From Mantamonas sphyraenae STR306 (lineage: Eukaryota; Protista; CRuMs): a stretch of 64,000 nt of DNA. Of this stretch, positions 55,501 to 64,000 are shown one piece after another. A program made the translations under genes and the position numbers. The stretch's first letter is position 1. Each line of letters starts with the position of its first letter. The notes under the pieces are model-generated. The model was not told where the DNA came from, searched no databases, and saw nothing but the letters and a program-made list of their open reading frames with translations. Where the stretch lies: the NCBI GenBank assembly GCA_026936335.1, contig JAPMXV010000058.1:299226-363225 (forward strand), in the 5' to 3' direction.

Positions 55501-58500
55501 TTTTTCACACTTTTCGATGGCAGCGTTTGCAGGTTCTCCCAAGGGGTGCATGCGTTTGTGGAGGTTGTATCTTGTGAGATGGGGTGGGCACGTTGGTGTG
55601 AGAGGGTGAACATGCATGTTTGTGACTGGGAGGGTCGGAGAAGGACGCGATGGGGTGGTGGAGATGCATGTTGGAGCGCGTTTGCGCGCGTTGTGATTTT
55701 GATGCTGCTGTGGCCATGGGGGGACTGTCGATTCACAGCTGGGATACGACAGGGGGGAGAGGGAGGGGGAGGGGGTTGGTGGCTCACACACATGCCGAAG
55801 CAGACGTACGCGCAGGTGTTGCTTGTGCTAGTCGTGGTCGTGCTTTGCTCACCAGTGCTCGCCGATTTCACCGTTCAGTGGGGGTCGAATGCGAACGAAT
55901 TTGCAGAAGGGGTTGCCGTGGCTCCCAACGGCGACACCTTTGTTACCGGGTACACCGAAGGGGACCTAGATGGCCAGGTGAACGCTGGAGCGTATGATAT
56001 TTTCTTGACCAAGATTACGGCCGCAGGCAAGAAAGAGTGGTCAAGGTTGGTTGGCAGCAGTTCCGATGAAAGGGGTCTGGGTGTTGCAGTGACGTCCACT
56101 GGGGAGATCTACGTCACCGGGTACGCACTGGCCTCGCTGGATGGCCAGGTGCACTCTGGCGGCCGAGACATTATCCTGGTCAAGTGGACTGGATCAGGTG
56201 ACAGGGTGTGGACACGGCAATGGGGCTCGAGCGGCAATGACGCCGGACGCAGTGTGGCCGTGTCGTCCAGTGGAGACGTCTTTGTCGCGGGGGAGATACC
56301 CGCTGACGTGCAGACGGCGACAAACGTTTATGACATGTTTCTGACCAGAGTGAACTCAACTGGAAGTATCATGTGGACCAAAGTTCTGGCAACCGCGCAG
56401 ACTGATGGCGCGTATGGCGTGGCAGTGTCGGGTGCGTACATTTATTTGACAGGTTATACGAACGGCGTTTTGGATGGACAGACGAGTGCAGGTGGCCGGG
56501 ACGTTGTTCTCTCCAAATGGAATGCAACGGGGCACTTGGTGTGGGCAAAGCAATGGGGAACCAGCTCAAGCGATGAGGGTCATGGCGTTGCCGTGTCGTC
56601 CGCAGGGGACATTTACGTCGCTGGAACCACCTTTGGGAGCTTCACGGGGTTCTCACATCAAGGCGGGTCTGACATCTTTCTGTCAAAGGTGGATGGAAGT
56701 GGCAATGTGGTGTGGACGACGCAGCTGGGCAGCTCTATATCCGAAACCGTGGGTGGGGTTGCTGTGTCACCCGCAGGCGAAATCTTTGTGGCTGGTCTGA
56801 CTTCTGGAACATTGGAGGGGCATGTGAGCGCAGGCGGCTCTGATGCTTTCTTGAGCGGATGGAGCGCAACTGGGAGCAAACTCTGGACGAAACAGTGGGG
56901 AACCTCTTGGTCCGAGTATGTGTATGGTTTTGCGATCTCACCAACAGGGCAGGGACTCGTCGTTGGTGGTTCTCGTGGAGAATTTGGAACGACGTCGGCG
57001 GGTTTGCATGATTGCTTTCTGAGCAATGTCAAGCTCGTCGCCAACTGCTCGTACGTGCCGGGAACGTTTGAACGTACAGTTTACATGCCCCCCGGTGCAT
57101 ACGACACTGGAACAGTGGACTGTCCCTTGTGCCCCATTGGGACGTTCAACGATGCACCAGGAATGAGCACGTGCTACACGTGCATCGAAGGCAGCGCCAA
57201 CTTCGCTCCGGGGTCGGACAACTGCAACACCACGTTCCCGTACATCAACTCGATTTCACCGTTGGTGACACCAAACACAGGTGGGACGGTGGTGGACATT
57301 CGGGGGGGGCATTACAATAGCACCACGGTCGCTGTGTGGCGAGCTGAAGACGGGACGCGGCGTACAGGATCGTGCACGACGCTGAGCACAACCCGACTGA
57401 ACTGCACCACACCGGCGTTTCCGAAGCTGGAGAACGTCAGTGTGATCATTGAGACGGACCAGGCGTCGCCTCTGTATGTGGCACCGACGATGGAGGTGTT
57501 CTCGAGCACGTTTACGTCGTTTGCACCTCTGAGCGGGCCGAGTACAGGAGGCACGACGGTGGTGGTACACACAGAGCGGATGGCAGTGAGGGCGCCGGAG
57601 CTGGCACGGTGTCGGTTTGGAACGCAGGTGCAGTGGGCGAGCGAAGTGACGTCGTCGACGATGAAGTGCAACACGCCAGGCGGGGTGGGAACAGGGGAGG
57701 TGGATGTGTCTGTGGATGGGCAACAGTGGTACAGGGTTGCGGGGGGAGCGTTCACGTCGTACACGAGCACAGTGACAACAGTGTCGCCCGGATCGGGGCT
57801 GACCACAGGTGGCACAGAGGTCAGGGTGACCGGAACGGGAATTGTGAACGGAAGAGATGTGCCTGTGGTGACGATTGATCCAAACGGGGTGACGGCGAGC
57901 ACGAAAGTGGCGGGGGTGTTTACAGAGGGCGGGAGCACGATTGCGATCACGACGCCGGCGTTTGGCACGCCAGCGCTGACAGAGGGGGCTGTGCTGAACT
58001 CCACGGTGAAGGTTGCGCCGAACGGGATGCAGGATCTACCCACAAGTGTGAGCTTTTTGCTGTACGAGGCACATGGACTGCAGGGTGTGACGCCATCGAC
58101 GGCACCTGTGTCGACGGCAGGGATCAGTTTGTCGCTGTCACCGGATGCAGGGAAGACGTTTGGGAACACTGGCAACGAGATTCGGGTGCGGGTGCGCAGC
58201 AGTGGGGGCACAGAGGCGGTTGTGGCAGGGACATGGCAGACGGGAGGAACGCGGGTGACGGCGACGATGCCCTCGTTTGCAGAGAGCGGGAGGGGCGAAG
58301 TGTCGATTGCGCTGAACGGACAGCAGTGGAGTGCATGGCGAGAGTTGACGCTGTACCGGGTGGACAGCGTGACGCCTGCGTGGGGCCCGACGACGGGAGG
58401 AACGATGGTGACGGTGACCGGACACGGATTCAACGACACGGGGACCAACCTGTTGTGCTCGTTTGGATCTGTGCAAGGGCAGCGTGGGACGTATGTGTCG

Positions 58501-60862
58501 CACAGTCGGGTGACGTGCGAGTCGCCGACGGCAGGCATGAGTACAGGATCGGTGAGTGTGGGCGTGACGACGAATGGGGCGGAGTACGCGCAGTCAACGG
58601 GGGCGGTGATGACCGCATACACGGTCCCTAAAGTGCAGAGTGTGCAACCTGTGGGGGTCAATTTGGGACAGGTGACGACTGTGACGATTACGGGGACGGG
58701 GTTCATCAACACGGGGGTGATCAAGGTGCGGTTCGGGAGCCTGGAGGCAAACGGAACGTTTGTGGACGGGACGAGGATTGTGGCGGTGACACCGAGCAAC
58801 GGACGAGGAGCGCAGAGTGTGGAGGTGGCGCTGAACGGGCAGCAGTACACGAGTGATGGAGTGGTGTTTGAGTTTGGGACAGTGTTGTGTCCGACAAACA
58901 CGTTTGCGCCTGGGGGAACGGCGCCGACGATCAATGATTGTGTGTGTCGACCGTTGTTCTATGAGCCGGAAGGGCGAGCGGGCAGGGAGTGTGTGCCGTG
59001 CAAGGAAGGAGCGGAATGTGCGGGACTTGGGGCGGCGCCGGTTGCGCTGCCTGGATTCTTTGCGACGACCTCGGGAAGCGACCCTACGTTTGTGCGGTGT
59101 GCTGTGGCGTCTGCGTGCCTTGGAGGAGCGTCGTCGACGTGTGCGCAAGGATACAAGGGAACGTTGTGCGGAGTGTGCGATGCCGGGTACTACCGGCTGG
59201 GGGACACGTGCCAACCGTGCCAACAGGGGTCAGGTGGGACGATTACGTTGCTGATTGTGCTGTTTGTGTTGTATCTGTTCTTTGTGAAGCGACAGGTGCG
59301 TGCGAGTCGGAAGAGCACGGGCAAGGTGGCAGCGCTTGCGATTACGCACTTGCAGGTGATGAGCACGTTTAGCGAGTACCGGCTGAACTGGCCGAACGAG
59401 GTGAAGTCTGTGTTCAACTACTTTTCGTTGGCCAACTTTAACATTGACACGGCGGCACCGGAGTGCTCTGTGGCAGACGGGTGGACGGCGGAAACACGGT
59501 TCTGGATCACGATGATGCTTCCGTTGATGGTCGGGGTTGGGTTGGTGTTGCGAGTGTGTGGACAGTACCTGCTGGCAAGGTGGGTTGAGAAGAATGGGGA
59601 AGCGTTCAAGGGGAAGCATGCAGATTTCTGTGCAGAACCGGACGCGTCGCTGCCGAAGTGGCGGTTTGCGCTGGACCTGATGCGTCACAGTGTGTCGACG
59701 TTGTTTACGGAGGCGGAGCCGGTGGAGGCGGAGACGATGCGGCACCTGGTGAACGAGATGCTGTTTAGCATGGGGCTGCTGTACATCACGCTGTGCACGC
59801 GGGTGTTGGAAGTGTTTGACTGCACGGAGGTGCGTACGGGGGTTGCAGTGATGGACGCGTCACCGAATGTGGTGTGTTGGGTGGATGAAGGGATACATGG
59901 GCGTCTGGTGGGGCCTGCGGTGGTGTTTGGGCTGCTGTATGTGTTGGGAACGCCTTTTGTGTTTTTGAGCATCATGTTGACGTCGCAGGATGTGGAGAAG
60001 CGACGGGACGAGGCATTTCTGCAAAAGTACTCGACGATCTTCAACAAGTACGATCCGCGACACTACTGGTTCGAGGCGATGGTGCTGCTGCGGAAGGCAG
60101 CTGTGGTGGGTGTGAAGCTGTTTGCGACGACGCTGCCGGCGCTGCAGGGACTGCTGGGGATGGTTGTGTTGGGAGGAGCCACTGTTGTGCATGACCGTAC
60201 GCAGCCGTACAAGACGTCGATGCAGAACAATCTGGAAAGCATTCTGCTTGTGGAGTCGCTGCTGCTGCTGGTGGCTGGGATGGTGTTTGTGACGGGCAGT
60301 GATTCGACGGGGACAAACGCATGGAGCGTGCTGACGGTAGTTGTGGCGGGGAGTGTGATTGTGGTGTGTGTGGGATATGTGGTGCGTGATGTGTGGGCAG
60401 GGATTCATGAGCGGCAACGGGAGAAGCGGGCGGAGGAGAAAACGACGGTCGCTGCGAAGCAGTTTGTCAGTGCGTTGCGTCACCTGTTCCACCCAGATGT
60501 GCACGGAAGGCTTGAGGCAATGGTGGCCAACGGAGAGCTGAGTGAGGAGGAGGTTGAGCAGGTGGCCAAGGAGGTGGCGCAGTTGAAGGAGTTGCAATCG
60601 ATGCCGGCCGTGAAGGAGATGGACAAGGCACGGAAGGCGGTGGACGTGGACAGCTTCTCACCATGGCTGTTGTATGTTGCGAGCAACGATTCGTCGACGC
60701 TGGCAAAGATTGTGCGTCTGCTGGGAAGCGAACGAAGAGGCACGTTGGTGAGCGGGCGGTTGAGTTCGTTGTCGCAAGTTGCGCCGGGATCTGGGAAGAA
60801 GGGAGGGAAGGAGGAGAAGGAGGAGGATGAGGAGGTTGAGGAGTTGGAAATGCAAGCCTTGT
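49543..60862 (+). repeat. Tandem segmental duplication, about 5.7-kb unit x2 (approx. 49543-55172 and 55248-60862)
   Basis: Upstream non-coding DNA and CDS are both duplicated; copy 2 starts with the last codons of the SLC35B4 gene (AGCCGGTTTAGGG...GGTGATTGATGAAGGG). Confidence 0.95.
50098..55176 (+). CDS. Surface receptor-like protein: signal peptide, SBBP beta-propeller, IPT/TIG repeats, Cys-rich repeats, multi-TM (copy 1)
   Basis: GVAV..SG..YVTG.T.G.LDGQ...G..DIFL.K x7; SGPSTGGT IPT domains; CAQGYKGTLCGVC; ITHLQV, FDC and YWFEAMVLLRK TM region. Confidence 0.88.
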   Translation: MPKQTYAQVLLVLVVVLCSPVLADFTVLWGGSAAVIPRGVAVAPNGDTYVTGYTTGQLDGQGYAGQDDIFLTKFTAAGNKEWSRAFGTIYSDVGVDVAVSSSGEVYVTGTVEGSLHGQPYSGANSDAVLIKMTGSGDRVWTKQWGSSRRDSGNSVAVSSSGDVFVAGETNGDIDGQTPTNLYNMFLTRVNATGSILWTKVLATSESDFAFGVAVSGAYIYMTGYTNAVLDGQTSAGDWDVVLSKWNATGHLVWAKQWGTSSRDFGHGVAVSSAGDIYVAGTTSGNFTGFTNQGGDDIFLSKVDGSGNMVWTTQLGSSLSENVGGVAVSPAGEIFVAGQTGGALDGQANLGGNDFYLSGWSATGSKLWTKQWGTNESDSGTGMAISPTGQALVVGTTRGHLGSALIGESDAALSNVKLVANCSYVPGTFERTVYMPPSPFDTGKVDCPLCPIFTFSNAPGMSTCYTCIEGNANFAPGSDSCNATFPFTVSVSPLVTPNTGGTVVDIRGANLNSTTVAVWRAEDGTRRTGSCTTLSTTRLNCTTPAFPKLENVSVIIETDQASPLYVAPTMEVFSSTFTSFAPLSGPSTGGTTVVVHTERMAVRAPELARCRFGTQVQWASEVSSSTMKCNTPGGVGTGEVDVSVDGQQWYRVAGGAFTSYTSTVTTVSPGSGLTTGGTEVRVTGTGIVNGRDVPVVTIDPNGVTESTKVAGVFTEGGSTIAITTPAFGTPALAQGAVLDSTVKVAPNGMQDLPTSVGFLLYEAHGLQGVTPSTAPVSTAGISLSLSPDAGKTFGNTGNEIRMRMRSSGGTEAVVAGTWQTGGTRVTATMPSFAESGRGEVSIALNGQQWSAWRELTLYRVDSVTPAWGPTTGGTMVTVTGHGFNDTGTNLLCSFGSVQGQRGTYVSHSRVTCESPTAGMSTGSVSVGVTTNGAEYAQSTGAVMTAYTVPKVQSVQPVGVNLGQVTTVTITGTGFINTGVIKVRFGSLEANGTFVDGTRIVAVTPSNGRGAQSVEVALNGQQYTSDGVVFEFGTVLCPTNTFAPGGTAPTINDCVCRPLFYEPEGRAGRECVPCKEGAECAGLGAAPVALPGFFATTSGSDPTFVRCAVASACLGGASSTCAQGYKGTLCGVCDAGYYRLGDTCQPCQQGSGGTITLLIVLFVLYLFFVKRQVRASRKSTGKVAALAITHLQVMSTFSEYRLNWPNEVKSVFNYFSLANFNIDTAAPECSVADGWTAETRFWITMMLPLMVGVGLVLRVCGQYLLARWVEKNGEAFKGKHADFCAEPDASLPKWRFALDLMRHSVSTLFTEAEPVEAETMRHLVNEMLFSMGLLYITLCTRVLEVFDCTEVRTGVAVMDASPNVVCWVDEGIHGRLVGPAVVFGLLYVLGTPFVFLSIMLTSQDVEKRRDEAFLQKYSTIFNKYDPRHYWFEAMVLLRKAAVVGVKLFATTLPALQGLLGMVVLGGATVVHDRTQPYKTSMQNNLESILLVESLLLLVAGMVFVTGSDSTGTNAWSVLTVVVAGSVIVVCVGYVVRDVWAGIHERQREKRAEEKTTVAAKQFVSALRHMVHPDVHGRLEAMAANGELSEEEVEQVAKEVAQLKELQSMPAVKGMDKARKAVDVDSFSPLLLYVARNDSSTLAKIVRLLGSERRGTLVSGRLSSLSQVAPGSGKKGGKEEKEEDEEVEEFEMQAV

Positions 60863-60864
60863 GA
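55792..60864 (+). CDS. Surface receptor-like protein, copy 2
   Basis: Same architecture; near-identical after the propeller. Confidence 0.88.
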   Translation: MPKQTYAQVLLVLVVVVLCSPVLADFTVQWGSNANEFAEGVAVAPNGDTFVTGYTEGDLDGQVNAGAYDIFLTKITAAGKKEWSRLVGSSSDERGLGVAVTSTGEIYVTGYALASLDGQVHSGGRDIILVKWTGSGDRVWTRQWGSSGNDAGRSVAVSSSGDVFVAGEIPADVQTATNVYDMFLTRVNSTGSIMWTKVLATAQTDGAYGVAVSGAYIYLTGYTNGVLDGQTSAGGRDVVLSKWNATGHLVWAKQWGTSSSDEGHGVAVSSAGDIYVAGTTFGSFTGFSHQGGSDIFLSKVDGSGNVVWTTQLGSSISETVGGVAVSPAGEIFVAGLTSGTLEGHVSAGGSDAFLSGWSATGSKLWTKQWGTSWSEYVYGFAISPTGQGLVVGGSRGEFGTTSAGLHDCFLSNVKLVANCSYVPGTFERTVYMPPGAYDTGTVDCPLCPIGTFNDAPGMSTCYTCIEGSANFAPGSDNCNTTFPYINSISPLVTPNTGGTVVDIRGGHYNSTTVAVWRAEDGTRRTGSCTTLSTTRLNCTTPAFPKLENVSVIIETDQASPLYVAPTMEVFSSTFTSFAPLSGPSTGGTTVVVHTERMAVRAPELARCRFGTQVQWASEVTSSTMKCNTPGGVGTGEVDVSVDGQQWYRVAGGAFTSYTSTVTTVSPGSGLTTGGTEVRVTGTGIVNGRDVPVVTIDPNGVTASTKVAGVFTEGGSTIAITTPAFGTPALTEGAVLNSTVKVAPNGMQDLPTSVSFLLYEAHGLQGVTPSTAPVSTAGISLSLSPDAGKTFGNTGNEIRVRVRSSGGTEAVVAGTWQTGGTRVTATMPSFAESGRGEVSIALNGQQWSAWRELTLYRVDSVTPAWGPTTGGTMVTVTGHGFNDTGTNLLCSFGSVQGQRGTYVSHSRVTCESPTAGMSTGSVSVGVTTNGAEYAQSTGAVMTAYTVPKVQSVQPVGVNLGQVTTVTITGTGFINTGVIKVRFGSLEANGTFVDGTRIVAVTPSNGRGAQSVEVALNGQQYTSDGVVFEFGTVLCPTNTFAPGGTAPTINDCVCRPLFYEPEGRAGRECVPCKEGAECAGLGAAPVALPGFFATTSGSDPTFVRCAVASACLGGASSTCAQGYKGTLCGVCDAGYYRLGDTCQPCQQGSGGTITLLIVLFVLYLFFVKRQVRASRKSTGKVAALAITHLQVMSTFSEYRLNWPNEVKSVFNYFSLANFNIDTAAPECSVADGWTAETRFWITMMLPLMVGVGLVLRVCGQYLLARWVEKNGEAFKGKHADFCAEPDASLPKWRFALDLMRHSVSTLFTEAEPVEAETMRHLVNEMLFSMGLLYITLCTRVLEVFDCTEVRTGVAVMDASPNVVCWVDEGIHGRLVGPAVVFGLLYVLGTPFVFLSIMLTSQDVEKRRDEAFLQKYSTIFNKYDPRHYWFEAMVLLRKAAVVGVKLFATTLPALQGLLGMVVLGGATVVHDRTQPYKTSMQNNLESILLVESLLLLVAGMVFVTGSDSTGTNAWSVLTVVVAGSVIVVCVGYVVRDVWAGIHERQREKRAEEKTTVAAKQFVSALRHLFHPDVHGRLEAMVANGELSEEEVEQVAKEVAQLKELQSMPAVKEMDKARKAVDVDSFSPWLLYVASNDSSTLAKIVRLLGSERRGTLVSGRLSSLSQVAPGSGKKGGKEEKEEDEEVEELEMQAL

Positions 60865-61441
60865 TGTGGAGTGGTTTGTGGCGGAATCATTTTCGCGCAG
60901 TGTCCCCTCCTCCGCTGGGTTCCATGCTTCCGATCCATGCTTCAAGCTTGCCATTGTTATGTCATGTTCTGTGAGTTGCTTGCTGTGATAAGATCACGCG
61001 GTTCTACTGCAACACGGTGTTCCACCACGGTGGCTATGTGCATAAGTGAGGAGCAATTGGGTTACGGCCTCGCTCACGTTGCACAGCATCAAACTGGCCA
61101 GCGGCCACGCCGATTTTGTGTACGCCGTGGACATCAACACGTCTGGTGAGCCTCTTCATGTATCGGGACAATCCACTGGCAGAATTGACGTCGCAAAGTT
61201 GGCGACGACGTACAGTGCTGGCCACCCCGACTTCCCGTCCAATAAAACAACACCACATGAGCACATACAACACGCGCAGTGGTCACAAACGAGAGCTTGA
61301 AAGCATCTACGTCGCTGAGCCCGTGGAGCCCGTGGAGCCCGTGGAGCCGCTGGAAGGCGAGGTTACGCCCTTGTCGCTTTCCTCTCCGGCCAGAAAACGG
61401 TGCCGGGCGCAAGTGTGCCGTCAGCGAGTTCATTCCAGGGT

Positions 61442-63496
61442 TCATTCGAGGCGTTGGCGTTTGGAGGAGGACGAGGACGACGAGGAGGAAAGGTCTTTGC
61501 GCTTGGGGAGGGTGAAGGAGGGGATGGGGTAGGCGTTGACGAGTGCGACGGTGGTGGGGCGGGTGGTGATGTGGGGTGTGATGCGGTTGAGGAGGGTGTG
61601 GAGGAGGGTGTGCAGTGTGGCGTCGCTGGGTTTGGGGTTGTCGAGCCAGGCGATCTTGAGGGAGAGGGAGGTGACGCCGCGGGTGAGCGTGGCGCTGATG
61701 GCGATTAAAACCTGCTGGTAGGTGAGATGTGGCCTAAGGAGGCGGAGAAAGAAGGCCAGGTCGACAGGCGGCACGCCAATGTTGCCCAGCGCCAGGATGA
61801 TGTGTCGCAGCAGGGACCGCAGGTCGCCGTTGTTTACCAGCTCACGCAGTGCATGGTGCTCGTGTGTGTGCTGATGGCGAGGTTGCTTGGCTGCGCGTGC
61901 CTTCATGTGTGCCAGCAGCTTCTGGAACTCCCGCGCCGTGCAGCTGCCACGCTCGTCGCTGAGACGGCTGCTCCAGCCACTGCGTACAGGCTCAGGATGC
62001 CACTTGTCCACGTTGGTGGTGGCGAGGTGGTGGTCGTAGTCGCATTGTGTCCAGTGTGGGTCGCTGTCGTTGTCAGCAGGGCGTCGTGCTTTCTGCAGCC
62101 ACAATTGGGTATGCTTGTGCTTCTTCCAGGTGGTGGGATGGGGTCTGTTGCCGATAGTGTCCATCTCTGTCATGAGCAGGTGAAGGAGGGCGTAGTTGGG
62201 GTCACCGCGGTCGTGTGGTTCCTCCAGCCAGCACACCTTCAACCCAGCCTTTGTCACACCCACGGCCAGACCAGCGTGGAGGATAGCATGGCTGCACGTC
62301 TGTTGATCCATGTCACGGCCGAGAAGGGTGAGGCAGAAGGCCATATCGCCCTGGGAGAGGGGAATGTTGCCCAGAGCGAGCTGAATCTGTCGGATCAGCG
62401 TGGTCAGGGTGCCATGACAGACCACAACACGCGCCTGCAGGGTCATGAGGTCGGGGATGTCGTCGATGGGATGCTCGCTGGCCAGGGTGTGCATGTGCTT
62501 CAGCAGTGCCGTGTGCTCCTTCTTGTTGCTGTGCATGCGCTCTCCACTGATTCTCGCTGTCCACCCTTTGCGCACAACACCATCTGGCGACTTTTTCGTG
62601 TTAGCCCCGCCTGCTTTCTTCCGCGCGCCGGGATCTCGATTCTTGGTCATCCTAGCCCGTGTGCTCGACGTTCCTGTCTCTGTGCCACTGCCAGCCGTGA
62701 CCCTGTGCCTGCGCTGTCCGCTGCCTTTCATCTGTTGTGGACCAGTACGGCGGCTGGTATGGCCTCTTCGTCGTTGTGTGCGGCCTCCACTTGCGCGCCT
62801 CGACTGCAATTCATCCGTGTCCTCCTGTTCCATGTCGTCTGCGTCGTCGTCGCTGTCGTCTTGCGGCATGTACTCCTCATCCATAATATCACCTGTGTCT
62901 GCAAAACTGAGCGTGCCCTGAGTTTCCAATTGGTCTTCCACGTGCTGCTGGGTTGCGTCGTATGCCTCGCAATCTCCTTCGTACGCCTCCATCCATGAGC
63001 TGGTCATCCACTCTGAGTTGCTGGGGACTGACCGAGGTTCACGGTGGCCAAAGTTGAGTACCATCAGGTCCTCCACGTCGCCGGTGTCATGTGTGTGTGT
63101 GTCCTGGTCTGCGTCGTCGTCGTCGCTGTCTCCAGTCTGCCGTGTGGCCTGGTGGGAGGAGGACGACGATGTGGTGGTGGATGTGGTCCGTGTGATGCCG
63201 ACAAAGGCGGGGCTGATGCGTTTGGGGACGCGGTTGTGGTTTGCGGTGGGTTGAGCAGGCAGAGGGTGCACCGGAGGCTGAGCCAAGTGCACCTGGGCGG
63301 TTTGTCGCGGCTGAGGAGGCGGCGGAGGAGGGTAGGCGTAGTATAGGTGGCTCTGATGAGCATATGCATGGTGTTGCTGGGAGTGGGTGTTGACAGGGAC
63401 CCAGATGATGGGTGGTTGTGGGTGCTGGTACGGGTTTTGTACGCCAGAGACGGGCAGCGTGTTCGGAAACGGCTGGGCAGCCATGGGAGGGACCAT
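61442..63496 (-). CDS. Subtelomeric hypothetical protein (684 aa) with a duplicated ~80-aa helical domain
   Basis: Long ATG-initiated ORF; Pro/Gln-rich, acidic and basic regions; two copies of L..L.R.I.LALGNI.....D.AF.L.LL...GVT...LK..WL..P. Confidence 0.7.
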   Translation of the reverse strand: MVPPMAAQPFPNTLPVSGVQNPYQHPQPPIIWVPVNTHSQQHHAYAHQSHLYYAYPPPPPPQPRQTAQVHLAQPPVHPLPAQPTANHNRVPKRISPAFVGITRTTSTTTSSSSSHQATRQTGDSDDDDADQDTHTHDTGDVEDLMVLNFGHREPRSVPSNSEWMTSSWMEAYEGDCEAYDATQQHVEDQLETQGTLSFADTGDIMDEEYMPQDDSDDDADDMEQEDTDELQSRRASGGRTQRRRGHTSRRTGPQQMKGSGQRRHRVTAGSGTETGTSSTRARMTKNRDPGARKKAGGANTKKSPDGVVRKGWTARISGERMHSNKKEHTALLKHMHTLASEHPIDDIPDLMTLQARVVVCHGTLTTLIRQIQLALGNIPLSQGDMAFCLTLLGRDMDQQTCSHAILHAGLAVGVTKAGLKVCWLEEPHDRGDPNYALLHLLMTEMDTIGNRPHPTTWKKHKHTQLWLQKARRPADNDSDPHWTQCDYDHHLATTNVDKWHPEPVRSGWSSRLSDERGSCTAREFQKLLAHMKARAAKQPRHQHTHEHHALRELVNNGDLRSLLRHIILALGNIGVPPVDLAFFLRLLRPHLTYQQVLIAISATLTRGVTSLSLKIAWLDNPKPSDATLHTLLHTLLNRITPHITTRPTTVALVNAYPIPSFTLPKRKDLSSSSSSSSSKRQRLE

Positions 63497-63980
63497 GTAC
63501 CCGTAGCTGTGGGGGAGACGGGAGGGGGCGGGCGGGGTGGCAACGGTGTGCGGAAGGCGGAGTGGACGCCGTCAGGGCAGAAGCAGGGATGAAGGGAGGC
63601 CGGAACGAGCAGAGAGGGAAAACGGAGGAGATTGGCAGAACGGGAAACTGGCAACGGGGAGGGCAGTGACAGGGGAGAGGGGATCGGAGAAGAGCGGAGA
63701 AGGCAGCAGCGGTGGTGATGGGGAAGTGGAGATGCAGGGGAGGAGTGCAGGGAAGTGACAGAGGCATGGAGGAGGCAAGGAAGCGGGAGAAGCGGGCAGT
63801 CTGAAAAACGGAGTGGAAGGCAGAACGCACGCTGGGTAGGTGTTGGGTTCGTGTTGTTGCTTCGGAGTGCTTGAGTAGTCTTTGTCCATGATGGTGGTGG
63901 TGGTAGTGGAGTGTAAGTGGATTGTGTTGGACAGGTGGAGAATGTTGTGGGTGTTGGTGATATTTTGGTTGAAGGCGGAT

Positions 63981-64000
63981 GGTTAGGGTTAGGGTTAGGG
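63981..64000 (+). repeat. Telomeric repeat (TTAGGG)n
   Basis: GG(TTAGGG)x3 running to the sequence end, with the G-rich strand oriented outward. Confidence 0.85.

Noticed and set aside
55285-55791. N-terminal extensions of the receptor ORFs (also 49957-50097)
   Set aside because: Non-ATG starts, frames differ between the copies, and the signal peptide begins at MPKQTY.
61116-61532. Plus-strand 138-aa ORF with (EPV)n 9-bp repeats
   Set aside because: Short, non-ATG start, overlaps the end of the minus-strand gene, and no supporting motif.

Overview
Gene-dense, intron-containing eukaryotic chromosome end, probably from a flagellated, mitochondriate protist. It carries IFT80, kinesin-1, Rab34/36, PDK and organellar EF-P and S18 genes, and ends in (TTAGGG)n at 63983-64000. 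About 20 ordinary host genes are packed with very short intergenic gaps. Two foreign-looking insertions interrupt them, each between the 3' ends of convergent host genes, and each encodes a giant (about 1,800-2,000 aa) protein ending in a Fanzor/TnpB-type RuvC module (D-P-G ... E-x-x-T-S ... R/K-D-x-x-A). Element A (about 23916-32534, minus strand) carries a DD34E IS630/Tc1-mariner transposase, imperfect TIRs, TA target duplications and a spliced ~2,019-aa Fanzor-like gene. Its N-terminus shows USP/papain-like protease Cys and His boxes and a degenerate PIN/XPG-like region. Element B (about 41333-46813, plus strand) has no transposase and encodes a ~1,781-aa Fanzor-like protein. Both elements end in AATACAA|TA about 70-105 nt after the stop codon and both are preceded by YTGTA. 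This predicts the omegaRNA scaffold end, the guides and a TGTA-type TAM. Also present: a tandem duplication of an SBBP-propeller/IPT/multi-TM surface receptor with a diverging N-terminus, and an orphan subtelomeric gene with an internal domain duplication. All domain calls are motif-based by eye; no searches were run.
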